Of a DNA stretch of 64,000 nt, positions 50,703 through 63,545 are shown one piece after another (position 1 is the first letter of the stretch; each line of letters opens with the position of its first letter). The stretch spans positions 13,640,001-13,704,000 of the forward strand of contig OZ287748.1 of the NCBI GenBank assembly GCA_965649765.1, given 5' to 3'. The translations under genes and the position numbers were made by a program. Source of the DNA: Bispira polyomma (lineage: Eukaryota). The notes beneath the pieces were generated by a model. It saw nothing but the letters and a program-made list of their open reading frames with translations. It was not told the DNA's origin and searched no databases.

Positions 50703-51176
50703 TGCTAGTTATTTCATAGAAAAAACCCAGCTACCAGTGCCAGTATTTGGTGAATGAATATTGAAAAGCTTAAACACCTCCATCGATTCAAATAAAGCCT
50801 TTGTTGCAGATCTCCTGGCATATTGAAATACCTTACACTTTTAGGCAGTCATTTTCGTGGTGTTTGGAATGCTAACATCGAATATGGAGCTAGATTGTAA
50901 GTACTTTTGACAAGAGACATGGAGAGTATGTGAACTTGAGAAGAGTTTGAAACTAATAGTTTATTTGCATGGATTTTAAATATACAACATATTACAATTT
51001 GATCTTTCACTGAATAAGTTTAAAGTTTAATCTGTCTCACCCTCTTACATTGTCATGTAGTTCATATCAAATGATATTTTCCCAAAGTTAAAATAAAAGT
51101 TGAAATGAAAGCATTTATTTGGTTGACTTCTGTCTTTACATGTAATTATCGCTCTTCTGGTCTTTTAGCTTCTATT

Positions 51177-51225
51177 AACTTTACCTAACTTTACCTAACT
51201 TTACCTAACTTTACCTAACTTTACT
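51177..51225. repeat. 10-bp tandem repeat (taactttacc), ~5 copies
   Basis: Direct observation. Confidence 0.9.
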
Positions 51226-52303
51226 TCCTTTGTGTCTGAAACTTTAACAACACTCGATGGAAGTGAGTCTTGGGTTGAAACTTGTCCTGATTATTCCATC
51301 TGTATCATATATATGTATTGTATTTGACAATTGATCCTCCACTGACACAATATAACATTTCACTATATATTATTACAGCAGTGTGACCAATTTGGTGAGT
51401 ATATGATTTGTAACATTTAATTTTCAGTTCAGCTGGTTGATTATAATAAAGGGAATTTATCAGGCAAAGACTGTTGCACCACATCAATTGTATGATCAAG
51501 TGGGCAGAAACAAACAAACGATGGCAACATTATGCAAACAGGTAGAGGAAATCAATTGCTAATTAAAACTAGAGCTCTGTAAATAAAAAGATCTTATTGC
51601 CATTTTAGAGGTTTGGAACATAGACTATTGGTGAAAATGTGTGTAATTTGTTCTGTAGGTAGACCTCTTCCACTGGTCATTATACAAACTGTAATTGATG
51701 GTGTTATCCTGTGATACTCTAAATTACACATTGGTAAATTTGTAAGACCAACTAGGTCTATTTTTAAATACAGTTTCTTCTAGAAGATTGTTGTAGGTGT
51801 TCTCCATTGACACGTTTACATATTGTTCGATATGGGCATTATCTCATAGAATTATCTCAACAAAAGCGACCATGAAATAACTATTTTGCATATGATATTT
51901 TTTATAATTGCCATTGCAAGATATACCTTTCACATCCATGATACAATCTATATTTGTAAAGTATAAACAATGTAAAAATCATTAATGTTTTAACATCACA
52001 TAAAAGTTAATATTGTGGAACTTATAACCTTGAAAATGTGTCTTAAAATCAATAAAACACAAAATAAGTTTTCATGATAATATTATTTCTTTTGTATATT
52101 TAATCTTTTATATATCTTATAACGGTATTAAAACAACATGTACTAATAAACTACATTACATTTTATAATAGAAAACATTTATTACAGTGAAACAAATAAA
52201 TAGGTACTGTACTAGTATTAGATTTACTACATTACATAGAGAATGTCAAAATAATAGCAGAACAGAGAGAGAGAGATTGATATAGCAGAAATGCAAGCAA
52301 TCA

Positions 52304-53579
52304 TTAATGGACCACACCATTAGTCAGATGATACTGTTGTGTATCCACTATCACACTTGTATAGCCTGGCTGGGGCATTATGGGATGATAGTTCATACAG
52401 CTGTCCATCATGGAGGGATTAGAACAGTATTTATATCTGCCGTAAGTGTCGTATGTGCCACTACAACTGTTTAGTTCAGATTCACACCCAATGTCCCCAT
52501 TCTTTTCACTTACAGTTCTTCTACCTGGGTACAGCTGGTCTTCATCTGCTATATCATCTTCATCATCATCCTTACCTGCCAAAGCACACGGTAGCTCGGG
52601 TAAACTTCTCTTCTTGATGACCGAGTGCTGTATAGCAATCTGGCGACATGAAGATTTGGACTCTGTCATGTAACTATAGGTGTCTGAGTCTTTTTTGCAA
52701 GAGGATAAGCTTTTAGGTTCACCTTGGACTTGCTTCATTAAGGAATGGTCTCTACTAGTGCTGGAATTTTGAGCTTTTGAGCATGATGCTATCTGCTGCT
52801 GCTGTTGACATTCTTGAAGTAGACAATCCGCTGGTGGAGAACACGATATACTACTGGCTAAGGGTTCCGGTGTACCCAAAGAGTTATTCAGTTTTATTTC
52901 ACTTCTAAGAGGGATGTTACTATTTGGCACCTGGGGAAACGGATGTCTGCTACTATTGGCCTGTGCACATGGTTCAAACTGGTAATCTGAATCTACTGAA
53001 CCACATTCAGACTGTCTTTTGGATGAAGGATCTGTGATACTAGGACTTTCCATGTTTCTCATAGTGTCTGGTACACTGTGAAATGCATTTGTGGTATTGT
53101 AATAATTTGCATATGGGTTCATAGCGTCTCGTGGATCTCGGGAGAAGAACTTGTCTTCACACTGCATGCTATGACCAGCCATGTCCTCATAATACTTCTG
53201 ACTATTGCCGTAAGCGTACATCCCAAAAGGGTCGCCATACATGGAGTGAGGATGGGGGTAGGCATGGGTGTTGTTATACCAGATAAAGTGGCCAGTATCT
53301 GTCGAAGATTCAGGTGTAGGTGTACCACTGAAATAGCCATTTTCAGGTTTCTGAGATGGTTGAGATTCTAAGGATGGTTGAGGATGATCGTACATCTGTT
53401 CAGCTGGTGGCAATTCGGACTGTGATGTTAAGCTGACCGGATATGGAGACCGTCTGGATTTAGACCGGCTGACCTTGGTTTTTCCTGATTTTGGGGGCTC
53501 TTTACAGGCCACCATAGCTGTTTCCTCTTTAGGTAGGGTCTGCTCTAGCTGAAGTTTGAGATCTTTAGCTTCCATGCCA
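52304..53579 (-). CDS. sim: single-minded, last coding exon (C-terminal region)
   Basis: ttacag|T GGC ATG (phase 2); EAKDLKLQLEQ, SRSKSRRSPYP and terminal GYTSVIVD match SIM-family motifs; TAA stop. Confidence 0.93.
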
Positions 53580-54220
53580 CTGTAAGTAGAATAAAGAAAT
53601 TGTAAAATACTAGTATCTGGGTTGTACTTAGTGGATAACTACAATATATGTACTTAGCATATTCATAAAGCAAGTTAAACTAGATGTGAAAGATATCAAA
53701 CATTAGGCATTTATCTTAAATATTTAGAGCTCTCTAATTTTGTACCAGCCAAATTCACCAATCCCAACATAAAGTTTAGTTTCTAAACTCTGACATAAAT
53801 ATACAAGTTGTGTTGTAAGTACTCAACATCTGTTGGGAAGGTAAAAGTCTTAGGATGGGAAGCCTTGTTAAAAGAATCAGTAAAACTTTGGACCCATTTC
53901 TGGTCAAACAAGTGAATTAGCAGCAGAAACATCTATATCAAGAACAAACATCCCTGAAGTCCATCATTGTACAAAGTTACATTACTTTCAACATATCGAT
54001 GGATCTTATTTGTTTTGTCAATGTTGCCCAAGGTTAAACATATGCATTAACAAAATAACAATTGTTCTCTGATGAATAAACTGATTCTCAACAGTTTGAA
54101 ACATCACTATTTGAATTAGGTTGGTAATAGGTTATTTTGAGAATGTGAATAAACAGTATTTTATGAAGAATGTTTCAAATATCATTTTTTTTTCTGAATA
54201 CGTTTATGGTTACATTATAC

Positions 54221-55677
54221 CATGGTTGATGCTAACTTTACATTGTGACTTCTGTCTCTTACCTTATAACGTGGTTAATGCTGACTATACACAATGACTT
54301 CTGTCTCTTACCTCATCACATGGTTGATGCTGACTATACACAATGACTTCTGTCTCTTACCTCATCACATGGTTAATGCTGACTATACACAATGACTTCT
54401 GTCTCTTACCTCATCACATGGTTAATGCTGACTATACACAATGACTTCTGTCTCTTACCTCATCACATGGTTGATGCTGACTATACACAATGACTTCTGT
54501 CTCTTACCTCATCACATGGTAAATGCTGACTATACACAATGACTTCTGTCTCTTACCTCATCACATGGTTAATGCTGACTATACACAATGACTTCTGTCT
54601 CTTACCTCATCACATGGTTAATGCTGACTATACACAATGACTTCTGTCTCTTACCTCATCACATGGTTAATGCTGACTATACACAATGACTTCTGTCTCT
54701 TACCTCATCACATGGTTGATGCTGACTATACACAGGGACTTCTGTCTCTTATCTCATCACATGGTTAATGCTGACTATACACAATGACTTCTGTCTCTTA
54801 CCTCATCACATGGTTAATGCTGACTATACACAATGACTTCTGTCTCTTACCTCATCACATGGTTAATGCTGACTATACACAATGACTTCTGTCTCTTATC
54901 TCATCACATGGTTAATGCTGACTATGCACAGGGACTTCTGTCTTTTACCTCAGCACATGGTTGATGCTGACTTTACACAGTGACTTCTATCTCTTACCTC
55001 ATCACATGGTTAATGCTGACAATACACAATGACTTCTGTCTCTTACCTCATCACATGGTTGATGCTGACTTTACACAGTGACTTCTGTCTCTTACCTCAT
55101 CACATGGTTAATGCAGACAATACACAATGACTTCTGTCTCTTACCTCATCATATGGTTGATGTTGACTTTACACAGTGACTTCTATCTCTTACCTCATCA
55201 CATGGTTAATGCTGACAATACACAATGACTTCTGTCTCTTACCTCATCACATGGTTAATGCTGACAATACACAATGACTTCTGTCTCTTACCTCATCACA
55301 TGGTTGATGCTGACTATACGATGCAGACTATACACAATGACCTCTATCTCTTATCTTATTACATGGTTAATGCTGACTATACACAGTGACTTCTGTCTCT
55401 TACCTCATCACATGGTTAATGCTGACTTTACACAGTGACTTCTGTCTCTTACCTCATCACATGGTTAATGCAGACTATACACAATGACTTCTGTCTTTTA
55501 CCTCATCACATGGTTGATGCTGACTATACACAGTGCCTTCTATCTCTTACCTCATCACATGGTTAATGCTGACTATACACAGTGACTTCTGTCTCTTACC
55601 TCATCACATGGTTAATGCTGTCAATACACAATGGCTTCTGTCCCTTACCTTATTACATGGTTGATGCTGACTATACA
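54221..55677 (-). repeat. 49-bp minisatellite made of the sim exon 3' end (29 bp) plus the 5' splice site and intron start (20 bp); 29 units including the real junction
   Basis: Minus-strand unit GTAAGAGACAGAAGTCATTG-TGTATAGTCAGCATTAACCATGTGATGAG. Confidence 0.96.
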
Positions 55678-55796
55678 GTGTGGTCGTGATGATCTACTGT
55701 TGTGTACTATAGTGGCCTGACTCTGCATCCACACCCAGCCTCCGTCTTTAGCCAGAAAACGGTAATACTTGGTGGTGACCTGTCCTTTTAGGAGAA
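55649..55796 (-). CDS. sim: single-minded exon: PAS-B/PAC ([48 protein letters not shown])
   Basis: Closely matches the SIM1/SIM2/sim PAC region; ccag|TT...AG|gtaagg, 148 bp. Confidence 0.97.
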
Positions 55797-55954
55797 CTGG
55801 AACACAGACAACGCAATATTATCACAAATACATCTCTTAGATATCACAGGTTGGGATATTATCTTTGTAACATTTTTAACCATATGTGCTTAATCATTAA
55901 TTACAAAGAAAGGGCATGGGCATTGTATTCAGTCCAATGCAGAAGCTTCTTTAA

Positions 55955-57263
55955 CCCTTTGGACCCCTGTGTTTGTTGGCTAACAGTCGACGACATTTGT
56001 TACTCCCACAACCTTTGTCTGTTGGCAGGCAGTCGACACCCCAAAAATATTATTTTATTTTTCTTTAGTTCCTCGCAATAGGGCATTGTTAGTACAACAG
56101 AACCTCCCGTTTACCAAATTATATGTGAGGCCGCTATTGAATGCCCATAGTAGTCTGTGGTGTGCTTGTTTAGTGCTATTTTAATACCCATAATAGTCTG
56201 TGGTGTGTGTGTTTAGTGCTATTGAAGGCCTATAGTAGTCTGCGGTGTGCTTGTTTAGTGCTATTGAATGCCCATAGTAGTCTGTGGTGTGCTTGTTTAG
56301 TGCTATTGAATGCCCATAGTAGTCTGTGGTGTGTGTGTTTAGTGCTATTGAATGCCCATAGTAGTCTGTGGTGTGCTTGTTTAGTGCTATTGAATGCCCA
56401 TAGTAGTCTGTGGTATGCTTGTTTAATGCTATTGAATGCCCATAGTAGTCTGTGGTGTGTGTGTTTAGTGCTATTGAATGCCCATAGTAGTCTGTGGTGT
56501 GTGTGTTTAGTGCTATTAAATGCCCATAGTAATCTGTGGTGTGTGTGTTTAGTGCTATTAAATGCCCATAGTAGTCTGTGGTGTGCTTGTTTAGTGCTAT
56601 TGAATGCCCATAGTAGTCTGTGGTATGCTTGTTTAATGCTATTGAATGCCCATAGTAGTCTGTGGTGTGTGTGTTTAGTGATATTGAATGCCCATAGTAG
56701 TCTGTGGTGTGTGTGTTTAGTGCTATTAAATGCCCATAGTAATCTGTGGTGTGTGTGTTTAGTGCTATTAAATGCCCATAGTAGTCTGTGGTGTGTGTGT
56801 TTAGTGCTATTAAATGCCCATAGTAGTCTGTGGTGTGTGTGTTTAGTGCTATTAAATGCCCATAGTAGTCTGTGGTGTGTGTGTTTAGTGCTATTAAATG
56901 CCCATAGTAGTCTGTGGTGTGTGTGTTTAGTGCTATTGAATGCCCATAGTAGTCTGTGGTGTGTGTGTTTAGTGCTATTGAATGCCCAAAGTAGTCTGTG
57001 GTGTGTGTGTTTAGCGCTATTAAATGCCCATAGTAGTCTGTGGTGTGTGTGTTTAGTGCTATTAAATGCCCATAGTAATCTGTGGTGTGTGTGTTTAGTG
57101 CTATTAAATGCCCATAGTAGTCTGTGGTGTGTGTGTTTAGTGCTATTGAATGCCCATAGTAGTCTGTGGTGTGTGTTTTAGTGACTGCAGCTATCTGTAA
57201 CCTATTACCAAAATTTCTTTTACTCTAGTTCCCCGCGATAGTTTTCTTTTAAGGTAGAAAGGG
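55955..57263. mobile_element. piggyBac-like MITE containing an expanded 42-bp minisatellite
   Basis: TTAA|CCCTTTGGACC ... GGTAGAAAGGG|TTAA; flanks colinear with 9070-9382. Confidence 0.85.
56133..57183. repeat. 42-bp minisatellite, ~25 copies
   Basis: gctattgaatgcccatagtagtctgtggtgtgtgtgtttagt. Confidence 0.97.
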
Positions 57264-57543
57264 TTAAGATAAGTTTTCACAAATACACTGTACAAGAAAT
57301 TGTACATTTTTGCATCAGGACTGTTACTTTTGTGTTAAAGTACGGCAATGTGTCTGATTCGCCCTTAATAATTGACAGTAACCAGGTCAGTGGCAAGTCC
57401 AGAAAGGTAAGTAAAGGTATACTTTTAGTGTATAAAACCACCAATTAAAAACCACATATAAGGTAGATGTAAAAGTTTATACTAAGAAGAGTTAAAATAT
57501 TAATTTGATATCTGATTCACCCTTAATAATTGAGGGTACTTAC

Positions 57544-57650
57544 GTGTGTGATGTGCGTATCTGAGGTGTAATATATCACAGGCGTGGACATAATGGTAGA
57601 GGGTTTTCTCTATCAGATCTTGAGGTTCATAGCCAGTAAGAGCAGCAACT
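57544..57650 (-). CDS. sim: single-minded exon: PAS-B ([35 protein letters not shown])
   Basis: [15 protein letters not shown] is characteristic of SIM; ttcag|A...C|gtaagt, 107 bp. Confidence 0.97.
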
Positions 57651-57984
57651 CTGAAAGAAGAAGATATCATATTGCATTGCTACTCTGAGAATAAATACTA
57701 TAAATATATATTTCCTTTATTCTGCTGATACAATATTTGGCATGTGGTATATGTTGATGTAATGTAAAATACAGTGTAACCTCTATTATCCAAACATGTT
57801 GCGAGAACAAGGATTTTGTTTGGATACTATTCGAAAGTTCATAAAAAAAAATTTCCAGACACATATGCCAAAGACAAGATTTGAACCCAGAACAGAAAAG
57901 GTGGTAAACGAGAGAGTTAACACTACACCACTAAGTTCTGTCCTGAGATTGGGTTTTAAAATTAACCTCTTATTCTTACTTTAC

Positions 57985-58940
57985 TTGGTCTTTTAGTGGG
58001 TAACAGCACACTCGCTCAGGAACACAGAAGACCTGGGCCTGTATTCACTAAAGTTCTTATACTTAGAATAAGAATTTTTGATATTCACTAAAGTTCTTAT
58101 AGTTAGATTTTTTGCTTATTCTTAGAAAAATTTCAAAGAATGAGCTTAAATTCTAAGAATGGTCAAGAACTTACTTAAGTTAAGAAAAAGACATAAGGCT
58201 GTATGCACTAAAGTTGTTATACTTAAATATAAGAATCATTCTTATACTTAGAATAAGAATCATTCTTATACTTAGAAGATTTTCTATTATAAGAATTTTT
58301 CATTTTTATACTTAGAATAAGAATTTTCTTAGCTAAGAGTTGCACAAAAGAATGTCATATCTTTTTCTTAACTTAAGTAAGGTCTTGACCATTCTTAGAA
58401 TGAAAGCTCATTCTTTGAAAATTTTCTAAGAATAAGCAAAAATTCTAAGTATAAGAATTTTTCTAAGAATAATTCTAAGTATAAGAATTATCTAAGAATA
58501 ATCTGAGAATTATTCTAAGTATAAGAACTTTATTGAATACCAAAACTTCTTATTCAAAGTATGAAAACTTTAGTGAATGCGGCCCCTGGCATTCTTATGT
58601 ATTGCTTTACACAATTCTTAGTCAAAAGAAAATTCTTGTTGTAAGAATAAGTATAACAAAATTCTTAAAATAGAAAATTTTCTAAGTTTAAGGATGATTC
58701 TTATTCTAAGTATAAGAATTATTTTTATTCTAAGTATAAGAATGATTCTAAGTATAAGAACTTTAGTGAATAAAGGCCCTGGGTTTGATCCCAGCCCGGG
58801 GTGATAGGGTACATGAAGATACATATGGTGGCTCAGATGCCCACTTTAAATGTCAGTCCTCTATCATTATGTTCCTATCCCCAATGGCAGGCTAAAGACC
58901 CTAGTTCCTAATATATAACCAGTTTGGAATGGGTTATTCC
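57985..58940 (+). mobile_element. tRNA-derived SINE split between its A and B boxes by a foldback MITE complex
   Basis: tagtgggtaacagcac...gaagacCTG | CTGggtttgatccc; body related to 31560-32415. Confidence 0.65.
58036..58778. mobile_element. Harbinger-like foldback MITE complex with CTG target-site duplication
   Basis: CTG|GGCCTGTATTCACTAAAGTTCTTATACTTAGAAT ... ATTCTAAGTATAAGAACTTTAGTGAATAAAGGCC|CTG. Confidence 0.85.
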
Positions 58941-58963
58941 TTAAAATACAAACACATTAATAC

Positions 58964-59163
58964 CTGGCATCCAAAAAGATGAGTTTGAGATCGAGGCTGG
59001 CCCTGAACATGAACATGTTGCTGTACATCTTGACCTCTGTGATGGAGCTGGTGGGGAGAGAGTGTCCAACGGCAACCATCCCCATATTCTGATAGCAACC
59101 TTCAAACGGGGTCATGTCTAGACCGTACTGCTTGACCTTGAGGAAGCCACTGCAGTGAATAAC
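58964..59163 (-). CDS. sim: single-minded exon ([13 protein letters not shown]...[16 protein letters not shown]...[18 protein letters not shown])
   Basis: SIM-family sequence; ttag|GTT...AG|gtatta, 200 bp. Confidence 0.97.
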
Positions 59164-61099
59164 CTAATATACAGAATGGTAGAGAAACAAGAAAGTATTA
59201 TTTACAGGTATTATTGTATAGTATTGTATTATCTTAATACTTTCTGACCCCCTCCCCCCCCCCCCCCCCCAGTTCCCTCTCTGTACATCCCCAGCGTTAA
59301 AAATGTAAGAATACTATACAATACTTATACAATACTTCTCTCGTGGGGGTAATGTTTTCACCTGTGTCCGTTTGTTTCTTTAGACTATATTCGTTTATGT
59401 GTTTGTTTTATCTTGTTACCTTTGCTCCAAGGAGTTTATGTGGTCATCTGTGTCTGTTGGTTCGTTTAGATGTTTCTTTGTCACACAAAATAATACTTCT
59501 AATGAACCAATTTACATGAACTTTGTTGGAGGACGTTTTGCCTCAAAGGTGTGAATAAAAAGACAATCAGATGTATAGGTTGCAGTATACAAATGTTTAG
59601 AGAATTTAACCAAATTAATATTGGAATTGAGGTGTGCAACTTCAAAGATGAAGGTAAATACAGAACTAACTTTTTAAAATGTACCTATTATTGTCTTGTG
59701 GTGGTAAAGTTTTACGCCCAAACAACCTTTGGTGATAAAATAGCTTCAAGCTAGAACAAGTACATGTGAATCATTAATGGTATGATGTGGGCTATAGTCA
59801 AAGTAAGAAAACGTTTTTTTAAGAGTTCAAATGTATTGAAAAAAGCTACTCCCTTGGTTTTTATGTATGTTATTAATTAATTGATGTGTTTAAGTTAGCA
59901 CAATGCAATTTCATCATAAAAATTATAGTTTACACCTATAAATGGCAAAATAACACCCAGTATTTAGAACCGTCCCTATTGATACTCTTTGAACTGGGAT
60001 AAAACCCCCGTAATTACTGAAGCAAATTGACAAATGCTGTAAATATTTGCAGTTTCTAGAAGGAAACCTTTACCTTCCAATAACTGAAGAAAGAAAAATG
60101 TCGGTTTTTCTTTCACCAGCTGTTTTTACATCATAACAAAATAATCACTAGGAATTAAGGTTCTCTATAGTTTTTAGTAAAGGAGTCGAAAGTATGAAAA
60201 TAAATTTCTAGTGAAAGGTTTAAAAAAAAAAAAATTTAATGAATTTTTTTTTAAAGAAATGAAATGAAAATTTAATAACAGTGAAAATCTCAAAAATGAT
60301 AAGTTAGTGATGAAATTTGCTTCTAGCTAAACTTTTCACTGAAGCAGTAGATATATATATATATATAGCTATATAAGATATGAGTTTCTTTATGTTTCCA
60401 ACTGACTGCTATTCTGAGTAATTGATTATTCGTTTTAGTGCCCATGGTTTTCGTGGTGTTGATACTAAAATTGTTTCTAAATATTTTTTTGCTGAAGAGA
60501 CAGATCTATATATGGTGGAGCTAGGTACAATGGAAATATATATATGTATATGGGAAAATATTCTCTACAAAAAACTACTCAAGCTCAAACACAATGTCTA
60601 ATGTCATAAACAGTAAAAAAACATTGAAACTTTGCCTTTTTAAAATTTTTGTGGTGGTATACACTCTACTTAGTGTCCTTCTAATTTTTCTGTTATAAAT
60701 TACTATGGTGTTAATCAAGAAATTAGAAATGACTCAATCTAAGCTCGTTAAAATTTACAATTAAAAGCGGGGTTCACAAGACACTACTAATTGCATGCGA
60801 ATAATTGCATGAAACAAAAGTTATAACCAAGCAATTTTGTCTGATTTAAATAATCGCATATGATTAATTGCATTGTGTGGACCACCCTTCATAAGAGATC
60901 CATGGCAGTTTAAAATATTTTACACTAGTTACTACCTGGAAATGGAAAACTTTTTTTAGAATTGGCTTCATTAAAAGTGATAAAAAAAAGCAAAAAGTTT
61001 TATTGTGTAAACTATTTTTTACCATAAACTTTCTTCAGAATGACAAAAGTTACAATTATAATAAAAGTGCAAACATAACATATGACATAAATATAATAC

Positions 61100-61185
61100 C
61101 TTATAGCCCCCAGAAGTCAACCCTGCGTTTCTCTTAGCCAAGACACACTTCATTCTGATGAAGAAAGATTTTTCTATTTCATAAT
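61100..61185 (-). CDS. sim: single-minded exon ([28 protein letters not shown])
   Basis: [14 protein letters not shown] is characteristic of SIM; ttcag|AT...AAG|gtatta, 86 bp. Confidence 0.97.
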
Positions 61186-61289
61186 CTGAAAAAAAAGAGA
61201 CATAAAACAGAAATTGTAAATAAAAAAATCCAACAACCAGTCAATATTTTTGTACACTTAATACCCTTTTCAACTTTTAATAATTTTAA

Positions 61290-61700
61290 TAATTGAAACA
61301 TTTGTAGAGCGCCAAATTAATGAGAACTTTTTCTAAGGCACTGATATCCAAAAAGGGAAAGTCCAGGGTCAAGTGAACGTCGTTACCAGAAAAGCATCCA
61401 CCTAAGGGAAGGCTGACTAAAGAGGGGGTAGGCCAGTCTGAAAAGGTAAGTTTTTAAATGGCTTCTAAAACTAGGTATTTTATCCTGTGATCTGACAGTG
61501 TGTGGGAGTTGGTTCCATTGAACATTCCCCGGGTAAGGCTACTAGATTTGATGAGTGAGGACAAATAAGGAGGTTGGTTGAGTTTGATAGCTTTGAACAC
61601 AAGAACGTTGTATTAAGAAAATGCCTTGTTTTCCAGGTAGCCGGTGGAGTTTGTTGAGGTATGGTGAGACATCCAATCTTTTATTGGGTGTGGAATTAAG
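61290..61700 (-). mobile_element. L2 3' fragment
   Basis: SPYLNKLHRLP, WNQLP..VRS, FRSHLKTYLFRLAYP. Confidence 0.75.
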
Positions 61701-62632
61701 ATACACCTTTACCTGTATATCGGTGAACTTCAAATTCAGCACAGGCAGTTTTGCCAGCAGTGTTTTTGCCACAATTTTTTTTTTTTTTTTTTTTTTTTTG
61801 GGGGGGGGGGGCATTAATTTTTCCACAACCCATTTTACCGGCACATCGTGTGTCATAGAGTCTGACCTCATCTTGACCTTAGAATGCAAAATACCCGACG
61901 TTTTTTTTACAAAAGTGGCCAAAATGTTTTGGGCAAAACTGCTGGTGGCGAAGTTGACCCTCTCCTTGAATATTGATATCAATGGTTATTGTCTTTTGCT
62001 AGGATACACTAATCACCCCTGCTATTGAAAGGTAGTAAAGCATGAACTAGAGATATTGATGGACAATTTTGGGATCAATAGAATTATACGACCACAACAC
62101 CATGCAGACAACTGTCTGGAATTTATTACACAACAAGCAAGGGGAGAAAAAACCTAACATCCATAAATTGGTCTCTTAAAATGTTTGACCCCCCTCAAAA
62201 TGTGCATTGTTTTTACAGATTATATATTTATATCCTTACTGGGTAAACTATTTTGTAAGTCATCTGTATAATAAAAACAAGAAAAAAGACCAAAAAACTT
62301 TAAGAATTTCACAAAAAACCCCACTATTTGACTGACCTTGACAGTGTTAGTTCAAGATTTATACAGTGATATAATTGTGGTCAGGATTTACTCTTGTCTA
62401 TACGAATTATTCCATTTGTCTAAAAATTATACTTGATTACTTTTATATATCAATAAATTATTTCCTCCTCACTGAGTCAAAGAAGATAAATAACATAAAT
62501 ATAAGAGACATGTATCTTTGCTCTGGTTAAGAATGGGGGGGATTTATGATCATTGTCTGAAAACCTTGTGTGGAATACAAAGTGAATGGGTGGGGAATGG
62601 TTGTGTTGTTTTTGGGTAGTTTCTGTTACGCG

Positions 62633-63545
62633 CCATTTCGACACCAAGCACCAATTCGAATCGGCACCCGCTGAAAGTTGTGCTGCTTTGAACCCAACCC
62701 CAGTGCTTACTTGGCGTGGCCGTTTTAACACCAAGGAATAAACGTTTAAGATTTATTCTAATTAAATTACTACTTTTTGCTTGATTTTAACCAATAAGGT
62801 ATCATTTTAAAGTGTACAACGCAAGGAAATCTGCCATGGTTACAACTGATAGATCGAAGAAATACACAGCAAATCACAATTAAAATGAATTTAATTAAAT
62901 TTAAATTCAATTTTTCAGCTGGTTATTAACATAAGTTTAACAAAGATTTACTTAATAAACCAGCTATAATTATGTCATATTAATATCTCTGTGTATTAAG
63001 TTTCAAAATGATACCTAATTTGTTAAAATCAAGCAAGAAATGATGATTATACTAAAATAAACCTAAACCATTTTTTCTTTGGGTGTCAAAACGGCCACGC
63101 CAAGTAAGCACCAATGAAATGAAAATGAAATAGTACATTTGTTATAGCGCACTTATAGGGTCCTTTCAAATGCGCTTCCTTATGGGCAGCCACTATGGCT
63201 TGAGGATGACCATTTATCAACGTCCCCAAGGATCTTTAATCTGCCACTGAGGATATTACTCTGTGGATATGACCACCATGCCACTGAGGATATTACTCAG
63301 TGACAGAGGACCGCCATTTTAAGTGGTCATCTGAACCACTAGGCAAACTTGTGTTCACATCTTGCATAAGGATGTTATCCCACCAAGTGAAACTAGCGGC
63401 CAGTACCAGGACTTGAACCGGGGACCTTCTGATCATCAGACCAACGCCCTAACCACTAGACCACGGGGGGATCACCAATGCAAATATATGAGGGTGTTAA
63501 AACGGCCCCCTAGCCGATTCGAAACCGCAAGGGTGTCGAAATGCC
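62633..63545. mobile_element. Foldback element (inner arms 62703-62810 and 63004-63111) with a SINE inserted in the right arm
   Basis: gtgcttacttggcgtggccgttttaacacc versus ggtgtcaaaacggccacgccaagtaagcac; outer catttcgacacc/ggtgtcgaaatg and ttcgaatcggc/gccgattcgaa. Confidence 0.65.
63114..63470 (-). mobile_element. tRNA-derived SINE, best-preserved copy, with a small internal duplication
   Basis: A box tggtctagtgg, B box ggttcaagtcc, L2-like tail gcgc...gcgctataacaaat then (CATTT)n. Confidence 0.88.

Noticed and set aside
54262-55600. Recursive-splicing (AG|GT ratchet) role for the 49-bp units
   Set aside because: A branch-like TTAAC is present, but no polypyrimidine tract precedes the AG, so acceptor function is unsupported
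56207-57181. 324-aa Cys/Leu-rich repeat ORF
   Set aside because: A stop-free frame of the 42-bp minisatellite inside a MITE, antisense in a sim intron, with no ATG start
54221-57183. CRISPR-like appearance of the two arrays
   Set aside because: Head-to-tail units without unique spacers, no cas genes, eukaryotic intron context
63400-63470. Possible tRNA gene (also near 18300 and 23720)
   Set aside because: The A/B boxes continue into a shared body and repeat tail, so these are SINE heads
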